Shown here: in pieces, positions 1 through 10,200 of the stretch
Layout of the letters: the number at the start of each line of letters is the position of its first letter
Position numbering within the stretch: position 1 is the stretch's first letter
Assembly: GCA_964057225.1 (NCBI GenBank)
Contig: OZ059900.1
Coordinates: 14,322,001 to 14,386,000, forward strand
Direction of reading: 5' to 3'
Source of the DNA: Auanema rhodensis
Lineage: Eukaryota; Animalia; Nematoda
Length of the DNA: 64,000 bases
Notes under the pieces: model-generated
Told to the model about the DNA's origin: nothing
Database searches by the model: none
What the model saw: only the letters and a program-made list of their open reading frames with translations
Program-made: the position numbers and the translations under genes

Positions 1-2406
1 TTTATCATTTATGAATCTTGCAGATATATCCTGTCGTCGTAGCTTTGTACGCATCCCTATAGTAGGATTTATTTGAAGAATAGCCCACCAGGTAAGTAGT
101 TGTTTATTTTGTACGTGGCAGATGTTGTTTCTGTTTGTTGTGAACGTACGTATGATATCATCTTCCAGATTGGTAGTGGCATATTGTAGATGAGATTGCG
201 TTTCTTGTTGATGAAGATGTTCATTCCATTTTTGGACGATATCGTTCTTAGCTTTAAGGTAGTCTACGTTGGCTTTCTTACCAATATGTGATGATATTTC
301 TTCAGGTGTGCTGCGAGTGGTAGTGATAGATCTTTTTGTAGTTCTTGGAGGCGGTGACTTGGTGAGTGATTCTTTCCTATTGTATTCCTGGCTTGAGGTG
401 ATTGTGATTGGGTTTGTAGTAATATTGAATGTAGATTGGGGGGTGGAGAATGATTGTGTTGGTCGATGAGTGGTGAATATAGTTGTGGTTGTTGTAGGTG
501 TTGTGGTTGTTGTTGATCTGGGTCTAGCAGTAGAAGAAGTAGTAGTAGTAGTAGTGGTAGTAGTAGTAGTAGTTGATGAAGACGTGGGTATTGTTGGTTT
601 GGGTCTAGTTGTTGTGGATATATGTGTTTTGGGTGTGATTGTCGAAGTGATGACGTTCCTTATGGTTGTAGGCTTAGGGGTCGTGGTAGTGGTTGTAGTA
701 GTAGTTTGTAGGGGGGTCGAAGTGTTTCTAATTGTGGTTGCAAAAGGTCGTGTTCCGGGAGTACTGATAAGGGGTAGATAATGATTATAAAATTTTTCAC
801 TATCCTCTTGTGTAATGCTATAATTTGTAGGATTTCTTTTCCGGAAGCCGTAGAATATATCGTCGCCATCGAAGATAACTGTGTAGTTTGGCAGTTGTAA
901 TGGGGGTAAGTTTAGTTCTTTTTCATATTTGATCCATTTCTTCATTTCTGCTTCGTATTCTTCTTTGGAATGTAGCTTCTTCGGATTGTTTATTGCGTTC
1001 AGGATAATTTTTGCTTGTGCTAGTTGTTCGTACAGTTCTAAATCGTTTCGTGTCTTGGTGAGTCTTGGTTTTCTTGGTGGCATGAGTTGATATAAGTATT
1101 CTTCTAAAGATGGTGTTGTTTCTCCTGTAGCTAACGTAGTTGGTATTTCCGCAAGTGAGTAAGCAATTTCTTTCGCGATTTCATAGTAGTCTCCTGTTTT
1201 GGTTGGTAGTATCTTTTTAAAATCCTTAATTGTGATCCGTTTGCTAAGTTTATGCGTAAGTTCCTTATACAATAGATTATCGATCGCGATTTTTGTTGCT
1301 TCTCTTATTTCTGCTTCTCCTAGGGCGTGTAGAATGGCTATGTTGACGTCTTCATATTTGTGCCATATAAGACGATTTTTGATAACATCAAAATTTATAC
1401 CTAGGTATTTGAAGATTGCGATATACTTAGGTAACATATTTGTTATGTTATTGAGATTGTAATGTATGTCAAGTCTTTTTCGTTGAATATAGGTTGTATA
1501 TAGTAGAATAGTTCCAGTTTTGCTGGCTGAATATCTTAGCGAGGGGTATTGATGAACTGTCAAGAATCCTTTAGGGTATTCCGTGATTGCGTGTCTTCTT
1601 GATCGTCCTAAGCTTGAGGTTGAGTTGAAGGAGATTAGAGTTCCACTATTTGTAGTAAATATATCTTTTTGTAAGCATGAGGAGGCTTCTTTTTCCGGTG
1701 TTTTATTGTTTAGAATAAAAGCACTTTGAATTCCGGGAATCAATATGGTGTCTTCTGATATAAAAACTTCGTGAGAGCCTAATGAAGTGTACGAGCAACT
1801 ATGTTTTTCTGATGGTGGGGTCCATATGATGAGAGCGTTGTTGGTTAGGCATTGTCCTTTGTCACTGGTGCATCCGTTGTCGTTTATGAATATATCTGAG
1901 AGTACTGTATTGTCTTGTAGGAAGGTCATGTGTCCTCGTTCAGCTATGAATCTGGTACGTTGTTCGCATTCCTGTTTCCATATACCATTAGTAATAGTTG
2001 TATGTGGGAATGGAGTTCCATAGAGTCCTGGTGCTTCTCTTTGAAGGTTGGTACCGTTGAATATTCTTTCTTTAATAGCTGACGAACATTCTTGCAGTGT
2101 TGTTGGTCAAACTTTTGCTAGTGAGACATTAGTTTCTCTGATGAAGAAAACGTCGTGAATGCAGAGTTGGTAAGTTTCAATTGCACATTTCCATGCTTCC
2201 CATTCTTTTGGTTGTAGGTTTTGGATGAACAATTCTGCTGTAGTCTTCTGGATATGGTTATTAGTTGGTGCGATGAATCGGCAAGCTGTTGGAGATGGCG
2301 GCTCGACATATATTCCTCCTCTGTTTCCTGTGCATAACTGGTACGTTGTTTCTGCACTGCATGTGTTTATAATGAGTGCGATAATTGTGATAAAGAGGGG
2401 TAGGAA
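1..2406 (-). other. env: Envelope glycoprotein region (class III fusogen-like) including signal peptide 2353-2406
   Basis: Hydrophobic FLPLFITIIALIINTCSA. YQLC..G.Y..P..C and ELFIQNLQPKEWEAWKC resemble the gB N-terminus, TLQECSSAI resembles VSV-G SVEQCKESI, furin site RSRR at 1594-1605, and a gB-like central helix at 1-189. Comparisons are from memory, not a search. Confidence 0.75.
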
Positions 2407-4116
2407 TGGTGTTGATTTTCTTTTGTTGTTCGGTTCGTTTTCTGTGACGTTGTTGACTTGAAAACGTACTCCTGGGCTCTGTGTGCGTTCTCTATACCGT
2501 TCCGGTCCATTGGAGGTGCTGCGCGGGCGACTTCTATAATTGTTGTATTGGCTTCGATTGTATTGAGAGGGGTATTGTTCGTGATTATTTGATTGTCGCC
2601 GGTTGTTGTGTCCGCTATAGTTTTGGTCGCGGTTTCGATAGTATGGTCTTTCTTGGCTTCTGTTCCGTGATCTGTCGAAGTAGTTTTGTCTTGATCCCTT
2701 ATTTTGAGAGAATCGTGAGTTATGGTTCCTGTATTGGTGTTGATGAGGCCGATATTGGTTGTTGTATCTGTCCGGATATCGGTTGTGTGGTTTGCCATTG
2801 CCATTATACATCGGTTTGGTTCCTTTGAAATCCTTAGATTCGTTTCTCTGGTATTGATTGTTGTCCTTTGAGTCTCGAATGTTGAGGTTGTTGAACGACT
2901 TCTCTATATTGTTGACAAACGATGTTGGTCTATTTTGTATAAAGAGTTCTTCTCGTAAGGCCATTTCGTAAGCTTCCTCAAAGTTTGGTGGGTCTAGACG
3001 GCTAACGTGTTCGCTTATTTCGGGTCTTAGTCCCCAGGTGAAGGTGGATCGGAGCATGTTAAGCTCACTTTCGTTGTTCATGTCCATAGCCGAGTAGGCT
3101 TCGTTAGAACATCTTGTTGCAAAGCTTTGTACCGATTCCGTTGGTAACTGTTTCAAGCCATGTAGGCGGTGCATTGCTCGTTCTCTCTGTTTTTTCGGTG
3201 TGATCATTTCTGAGAGTCGCTTCTTGACATGGTCCCATCCAAGTCGCTTATCTTCGGTTGTGAGTTTTCTGTACGCTTCTCTTGCTCGATCATCTTCTAG
3301 CAATAATTGTATGCTTTGAAGACGTTCGGGCATAGTTGTTCTTGTAGCGTTGAAGTGTTCATCTAGGTATAGTAGATAGCGGTTGAATGGTGTTTTTCCA
3401 TCGTAGCGTGGAGCTTTTATATCGCGTATGGCGGACGGAATCGCTGCTGGTTGAGGGATGATTGTAGGTGTTGGAACAGGTGCCCTTCCCGAGGTTTGCG
3501 TAAGTGGTGCGCCTTCGTCCATTGGGTCCATTCTTGGGTTAATTCTCTTGTTTTCTGCAACAAAAGTATTTGCTTGATTAGTTTGCGATGGAAGAGACGG
3601 AGATAGAGAATGCCCAGATGTAGAATGATCAATGGATGAAGGTGAGTTTCGTAGAGGTGGGGATGAGCTTACTGCGGGTGTGGTTGAAGAAAGTGCGGGC
3701 GTAGGTGATTTTTGTGTGGTTGGTGTATTGCTTCTTCTAGGGGTGGCTATTAAAGGATTGATTGGGTTGATTGTATTTGGTATGGTGTTGGTTGGGGGGT
3801 TTTGAGGGTTCCCTTTGCTTGCTATGTTTTTAGGAATAGGTTTAATGTTTGGGATAATTTTCTTTTCTAAGGTGTTTCTTTCGACTATGTCTGTTTTTTG
3901 TTTCTTCGTTTTTTCATGTGATTTGGGATTGGTGAATTGTTTTTGAATGCCGCGATGTCTTGGGGTATGTATTACCATTGACTTTGTTTTAATGCTTAAC
4001 TTCGCTTGTTTTGCAGAGGGGGGAGAATATGTTGCGGGCGGTTGTCTTTTTCTTCTTATAATATTTGAAGTGGCAGCAGGGTCCAGCGGAGGTTTTGGAC
4101 CAGTATTGGGCAGCAT
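1..4116 (-). CDS. Gag-Env polyprotein: basic/Pro-Ser-rich N-terminus, Ty3/gypsy capsid, Arg/Asn/Tyr-rich NC-like region, signal peptide, class III (gB/rhabdo-G-like) glycoprotein; one in-frame TGA at 2107-2109; 3' end outside window
   Basis: First ATG at 4116, 10 nt after a TTACAG acceptor. Capsid motifs APRYDG..WDHVKKRL..LKQLPTESVQSFATR..FTWGLRPEI..FEEAYEMA. I translated the same frame past the TGA and found it open for 702 codons to position 1 (PTTLQECSSAIK ... LQY..NNICHVQNKQLLTWWAILQINPTIGMRTKLRRQDISARFINDK). Confidence 0.85.
420..745 (-). repeat. Thr-rich mucin-like low-complexity coding segment, (ACT/ACA/ACC)n
   Basis: (agt)n and (tgt)n runs on + translate in the env frame as TTTTTTT/PT/ST tracts. 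Confidence 0.9.
2947..3420 (-). other. gag: Retrotransposon Gag capsid (CA) domain
   Basis: P-x-Y-D-G start, MHR-like QxxxESVxxFxxR and the F-x-x-GL-x-P-E-I motif typical of Ty3/gypsy CA; no CCHC knuckle follows. Confidence 0.85.
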
Positions 4117-4126
4117 CGTTGGTATC

Positions 4127-4139
4127 CTGTAAGGAAATT
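4127..4139 (-). promoter_or_regulatory. Putative splice or trans-splice acceptor upstream of the Gag ATG
   Basis: Minus strand AATTTCCTTACAG|GATACCAACGATG, preceded by a ~1.1-kb AT-rich leader with no ORF in the supplied track. Confidence 0.5.
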
Positions 4140-5288
4140 TGTTATATCCAACGTGTGCCAAAATAATTTTATATATAGAAAAACGTAAAGAATAATGTTG
4201 GGTTTGTGTGCGCGATTCTTATGAAGGTAGCTAGTCTTGCAAGTAATCTCTTTACCAATATAGCTCGTCCGGGTCTAACACAGGTTTGAAACTAGTGTGC
4301 CTTTTCGAAGGGACAAGTTCTATATTGTGAAAAAGGCATGAAATGAAAGTTAATAGTTCGCCAGTCTTTTGGGACAAGGATACAAAATAGAATTTTCGCA
4401 ATCATTTCATTTTCCCAGACCTCATTAACCTATCTGAGTCACAGGTATGTCAGCTGCCTTCTGCATCCTGTTCCCTGACTCTATGATGGCGAGACCACTC
4501 TTATTATTTATATCAATGTGGGGCAGATTTCAATTCAAAAATTCTCTAATTATTTCATGGGGCGTACGTCTTATCCTGAGGGTCGGCCTCCGCTCGAGTC
4601 TCTTGAGTGTCTGGCATTATTCTTAACGAGGGGGGATGGTTTTTGCGTATGAGTTAAAACTTATTGATTAATTTAATTATTTTTCGTATTTTCAAGTGCT
4701 AAGGTAATCGGAATTTGGATACGCTGCGCCTAATAAATATTTTTACTGTCGTGTTTAACACGGGATTTCTTGTTTATGAAATTACGGGGGGGGGAAGGGG
4801 TGGGTTTATGAGAATACAGTGTAGTAGCATAAGAATAATAGTTTTATAAACGAACATAAAGAAAATAATAAAAATATGGTATGATAGGATGATTAAGATA
4901 GTATGATAAGATGAAGATTCAGATAATATGATAAGATGATTAAGATTGAGAGGTATAGAAGCAATATTCTTTTTTATTTCTTAATTCTAAATTAATTTTA
5001 TAAAGAACTTAACTATTTTTGTTCAAAAAATGTGAAAATAAACTTATAATTCTTAGAAAAGTTAATTATTGAATTTGAATAATTTTCGTATATAGGATTT
5101 TGGATAGAGAGAATGATAAATGATATAAGTACTCTTATGAATAATTTTATGAGAATATAATGAATGGAAAACTGAGTTTTTGTAAAGAGTTTTTGGATAT
5201 AATTTTTAATAGAAAAGTTTTAGAGTTTTTAAGAAAATATTATAAGCTAACTTTAAGAGAGAGATAAGATTTTTAATTGAATAAGAGA

Positions 5289-5798
5289 TGTAGACGGTAG
5301 CGCTTGAGTTCCTTTACGAGATCCTGTCCAAAAGGAAGGATCTCGGTGGAACCTCCACGTTCCATTTAGATTCTCAACGGTTCCAAGTTGAGATATCCAA
5401 ACAGACTATGAGACGATGAGTATGATTTTAAATATAAGTGTGTAATGTAAGGTGAAATAAGAAACAAGAGATGAAATATATAAAGGTTTATTGTTCGCAT
5501 TATAATATAATTATACAAAGATTAAAGCTAGAGTTAAGAAAGAGAATATAAAGAAGATAAAGGGAAAGTAAGATAATGAGATAATGAGATAATGAGATAA
5601 TGAGATAATGAGATGCCTGAGACTTGAGGACTCAGGTTTATATATCCATACAACTCCTACTCAGTTTACACAAATTGTTACAAAGCTTATAAAAAGTGCA
5701 TCTAGAATATTCTCAGAATTGCTTAAAAACTATCTGCATTAGTTTAATAATAGCAGCTGCCATGGTCAGCTGCTTTCCTTTGAGATATGTATGTAACA
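5289..5798 (-). repeat. 5' LTR of the gypsy-type element (outer end 5798 firm; inner end uncertain, about 5440 or 5289)
   Basis: TG start on minus, TATATAAA at 5637-5644, AATAAA at 5487-5492, candidate ..ACA ends at about 5441-5446 and 5289; no tRNA PBS recognised. Confidence 0.55.
5571..5614. repeat. 8-bp tandem repeat (AGATAATG)x5.5 inside the LTR
   Basis: Read directly from the sequence. Confidence 0.95.
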
Positions 5799-5845
5799 TG
5801 AAGAAAACAAAAATAGCATAACATTCAATAACGATGAATCAGAAC

Positions 5846-5850
5846 AAAAA
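5846..5850 (-). terminator. Pol III terminator TTTTT, 4 nt downstream of the tRNA (repeated in nearly every unit)
   Basis: Minus strand ..GGGGAG AATG TTTTT. Confidence 0.9.
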
Positions 5851-5854
5851 CATT

Positions 5855-5926
5855 CTCCCCGGCCGGGAATTGAACCCGGGTCTCGCATGTGACAGACGCG
5901 GATACTCACCACTATACTACCGAGGA
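5855..5926 (-). tRNA. tRNA-Asp(GTC), first copy (consensus sequence)
   Basis: TCCTCGGTAGTATAGTGGTGAGTATCCGCGTCTGTCACATGCGAGACCCGGGTTCAATTCCCGGCCGGGGAG folds as a cloverleaf; anticodon loop CT-GTC-AC; A box TAGTATAGTGG; B box GGTTCAATTCC; discriminator G; no encoded CCA. Confidence 0.98.
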
Positions 5927-6293
5927 TTGAATTTGCACTTAGAAACTTTCATTAAGAGTGTGAGTTTGAAATATAGTAGAAAAATGAAACACTGTCTCTA
6001 ACATATATTGATTTATGGCCTACTTTACTCAAAGAGCTAATTGAAGTTTGGTGTTAAAATGAACAATTGATTAAAGCTGACGTTTCAATTTTTTTCATCG
6101 TAATTGAGATAGAACATTTAAATTAAATGGAAATGTTTAACAATTTAGAAAAAAAACACAAGCTCAAATCATTTTTGAAAAAACAGAAAGTTTAAAACAA
6201 CCTTTTTTCTAATAATTATCTTTTTTATCCGACTTTTGGAAGAAAAGAAAAATAGCATAACATTCAATAACGATGAATCAGAACAAAAACATT

Positions 6294-6365
6294 CTCCCCG
6301 GCCGGGAATTGAACCCGGGTCTCGCATGTGACAGACGCGGATACTCACCACTATACTACCGAGGA
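6294..6365 (-). tRNA. tRNA-Asp(GTC)
   Basis: Identical to the consensus copy. Confidence 0.97.
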
Positions 6366-6733
6366 TTGAATTTGCACTTAGAAACTTTCATTAAGAGTGT
6401 GAGTTTGAAATATAGTAGAAAAATGAAACACTGTCTCTAACATATATTGATTTATGGCCTACTTTACTCAAAGAGCTAATTGAAGTTTGGTGTTAAAATG
6501 AACAATTGATTAACGCTGAAGTTCCGTTTTTTTTTCATCGTAATTAAGATAGAACACTTAAATTAAATAGAAATGTTTGAAAATTTAAAAAAAAATCACA
6601 AGCTCAAATCATTTTTGAAAAAGCAGAAAGTTTAAAATAACCTTTTTTCTAATAATTATCTTTTTAATTCGACTTTTGGAAGAAAACAAAATAAGCATAA
6701 CATTCAATAACGATGAATCAGAACAAAAACATT

Positions 6734-6805
6734 CTCCCCGGCCGGGAATTGAACCCGGGTCTCGCATGTGACAGACGCGGATACTCACCACTATACTACC
6801 GAGGA
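6734..6805 (-). tRNA. tRNA-Asp(GTC)
   Basis: Identical to the consensus copy. Confidence 0.97.
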
Positions 6806-7171
6806 TTGAGTTTGCACTTAGAAACTTTCATTAAGAGTGTGAGTTTGAAATATAGTAGAAAAATGAAACACTGTCTCTAACATATCTTGATTCATGGCCT
6901 ACTTTACTCAAAGAGCTAATTGAAGTTTGGTGTTAAAATGAACAATTGATTAACGCTGACGTTCCGTTTTTTTTCATCGTAATTAAGATAGAACATTTAA
7001 ATTAAATAGAAATGTTTAAAAATTTAGAAAAAAACACAAGCTCAAATCACTTTTGAAAAAGCAGAAAGTTTAAAACAACCTTTTTTCTAATAATTATCTT
7101 TTTTATCCGACTTTTGGAAGAAAACAAAAATAGCATAACATTCAATAACGATGAATCAGAACAAAAACATT

Positions 7172-7243
7172 CTCCCCGGCCGGGAATTGAACCCGGGTCT
7201 CGCATGTGACAGACGCGGATACTCACCACTATACTACCGGGTA
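7172..7243 (-). pseudogene. tRNA-Asp(GTC) interrupted by the MULE: nt 5-72 retained, nt 1-4 replaced by TIR-derived TACC
   Basis: tRNA sequence stops at 7239; the original 5' end (nt 1-13) is displaced to 10469-10481. Confidence 0.85.
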
Positions 7244-10200
7244 TTTCTACGTATTTAATTTCTACGTATTTAATTTAAATGGCTGTTGTGAAATTTTCAA
7301 AAAAAATGGAAGAAAGGTAAAGAGTTAGTAAAGTTCATTATGTCATTTCTCATAATGAAGAATACGAGTCCAGCTGAAGCTCTCCGATATCTGAACGCTT
7401 CTAGGTAAATATTTAATATTTTGATTTTATACGTTAAAAGTATACCCACTGTAATTTTTTTTAGAACCGATTGCGAAGTTCTAAATGAAAAACCTAACTT
7501 TGAAAAGCTTCTAGAAGGAATCACGTTGTTTTTCCTTGATAAATCAGTTGTTGTGTCTTTAGCAGATCTTACTTATGATGTCTTGAGTCCTTGGACAGGA
7601 AAAGGTAGAGTAAGTCGCGTTGTAGTATATAATTTTCATCTTTCAGATTTGTATGGCAATCGCAACACTACCAAAGTGTCTAATCATCCAGTTCACATCA
7701 GAGAAGAAGATAATGTTATAGAGTTCAGTGCATATGGTGTTTGTAGTCTACGAGTGATCAGAAATACGCATGCAAATAGAATTGGCCTGAAGCGAGAAGT
7801 TTTTTTGCGTTTAATTTAAGAAGCACATTGCTATTTCTGTAGATATTTTTTGTTATCGATGAAGAAAAAAATCTGCTTAGTCACGTAATCTACCTATATA
7901 AATCTGAGGTTGGTTTTATCCTGTTAATGAAATTCGAGAATACCACTTTTTGAGAAAGAAGTGGACTTCGAAATACCCAGTATTAAACGAATTCTTCCTT
8001 CCAATCGTAGTGTCATAAAAAATGCTTTAGTTTATCGTACCACAAGTGATGCTAAACGTTTTCTTAGAGATCAGGGAGTTATTGTTACGTCAAATACAGT
8101 AGAACAAATTTGAAATTTTTTTGCTAATTGTGTTTGTTATTTCAGTTATCTAGTTTAAGTAGATCAGTTCCTGATCACGTAAAGTCAAATATTGGCAGAA
8201 AAGCTCCAGTGGATTTTTATACCGTTATGGATAGGTTTTTATCAAAGCCTCATGAAGAAGAAATATTAGAGAAGCCTGTTATTGAACATAACGGTACAGC
8301 TTAATAAGAAGATTTGAAAAAATATTTAATAGAAGATGGAAGTTTACGGATCAGAATTATTATTGGATATCCGGCAGCTTTCACCTCTTTTGGAGCCAGT
8401 TTGCCAACATTGGAGGATATAAGTGAACACAGAAGAAATGTTTCATTGTTGGAATCCATGAATCATAATGAAAAAGAGCGCTACTTCAGTAAATTAACCT
8501 TCATAATTTAATTTTAAATTTTTTGTAGATTCCTTCTTGGCTTCAGTTACGGACAGTGGAAGCTTACCGACTATTGGCTCGTGTTTGATGTTAGATACCA
8601 CGTTTTCTCTTGGTTCAGCGGAATACGTAACGTTGGTTTTAGGAATTTCGGATTCTTACAAGTAATTTTCTCAACAATTTCATCATTTTCTGTTTTACTT
8701 TTCAGAAGCAAATGTTCAAAAAAAAATTCAAGTATTATTTTGGGTGTTATGATTCATTCAAAAAAAGATACTGAAGATCATGAAGAACTTAGCTTGTTTT
8801 TAAATAAGATGTTCGAAAAGTATTGTCCAGGAAAAACAATAGGAATTCAAGTACATGATGGAGAGCATAGTTTTCATGTTTATAATTCGGTAATCTTTGA
8901 AAAATATTTAGTCTATATTTAGCCAGCTATTTAGGGTTCTTTCTTGAAAAACTCTATACTTATTCGTTGTGACGTGCATCGACTCAATAACATGAAAGAT
9001 GCTATCAATAAAGACAACCTCCACGATTACCACCTGGTCAAGGAGCTCATGTATGGTGTAAAAAGAAATGTGAGAACAATTCGAGAAAATTCAACTAAAC
9101 TTTCTACTTCAGACTGATAAAGGCACTATACTCAAAAAAGGAATATTGTGCTCATTAACAAAAAATGAATATGAAGAAAAGATGATCAATTTTATCAATG
9201 AAACTGAAGGATCTCTCAAAAGATGGTTTTTTTAGTTTGGTTTATAAATTAATTTTGAATTTTAGGCTCACGTTGAATTTTACCAGTTTATACGAGTGTA
9301 ACTCTATGGGAAGAAAACTTTTAGCTGGATGGCCTGCCCAATTTCTTTCTTCAAATATAATTGAAGCTCGTAATTGTCATCTTAAACAACTGATATCTTG
9401 CAAAAAACCTGCGCAAAAGCTTTTGAATGATTTCCTCAATCTGCATAAAGGAATATAAAATATACTGAATAATAAAATACAGGAATTTCAGAATAAATAG
9501 AAGAGAGGGTCAGATCTGTTGGCGGTATCTCTAACAAGCTAATAAACGATTTTGCATTTACTCCCAGCGAATGGAAACTCAAAAGTGCTTCCCAGAAGCG
9601 ATTAGCATTAACTACATTTGGATTACAAAACTGTATTCCATTGAACGTGTTCGATAATGTGCCCGATTGGAGTCTGCCTTTGAAACTTCCAATTGAGACT
9701 TTAAATTCGCTGGTACAGGATACAAGTGTTCATATGAGTGACAGAAACGTATCATTTTTTTTCATTTTGAACAAAAAATCTTCTCATGAGTTTGTTTTGA
9801 GTAATTCTTTTTTTAAACAAAAGATTATAGTTGTGTTCTTGTGGTACACAAGGAAAATTCTCTTGTATGCTATAGCGTAATGTGCAAAAAAAAGGTTTCT
9901 TATCGTTTCTGCATCCATAGGTAAGATTCACATTGTTTGTATCAGAAACAATTTACAGACTTGCCGCCATATTACAATTGGGAAATGAAACTCGAGCTAA
10001 CATAATTACTGAAATGGAGAAAACGAAAGAAGAAATAAACTGCGCAGCCATTTTACGTGAACAAATGCGTCCTGAACAAGGTACCAAATTTTGCAAACGG
10101 AAAGGATCCCAATACAGCAAGAATAACAGGTCCAGAAACTACGTCAGTCTTGCAAAGTAAGTTTCTTCCTGAGATAAAACTCACTTTATCAATTATATCT

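Larger units (their letters stand above)
1..5798 (-). mobile_element. Ty3/gypsy-type (Metaviridae-like) LTR retroelement with a Gag-Env fusion ORF; 5' part only, runs off the window start
   Basis: Sharp junction with the tRNA array at 5798/5799 (minus strand starts TGTTACA; array resumes tgaagaaaacaaaaatagc). TATA and polyA signals lie in the terminal ~320 bp, followed by a retrotransposon capsid ORF and a glycoprotein. The second LTR and TSD are outside the window. Confidence 0.85.

Noticed and set aside
269-1462. Val-rich and other + strand ORFs (269-469, 470-781, 1199-1462) and short ORFs overlapping gag
   Set aside because: Antisense or alternative-frame shadows of the Thr-rich env and gag frame.
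4159-4161. ORF-track start (TTG) for the 684-aa ORF
   Set aside because: Non-ATG start in a eukaryote; the first ATG is at 4116, just after a splice acceptor.
5985-5992. GTGTTTCA on minus in each spacer, resembling the piRNA Ruby motif CTGTTTCA
   Set aside because: One mismatch in AT-rich DNA, and the nearest YRNT is at about 31-34 nt, marginal spacing; not supportable without small-RNA data.
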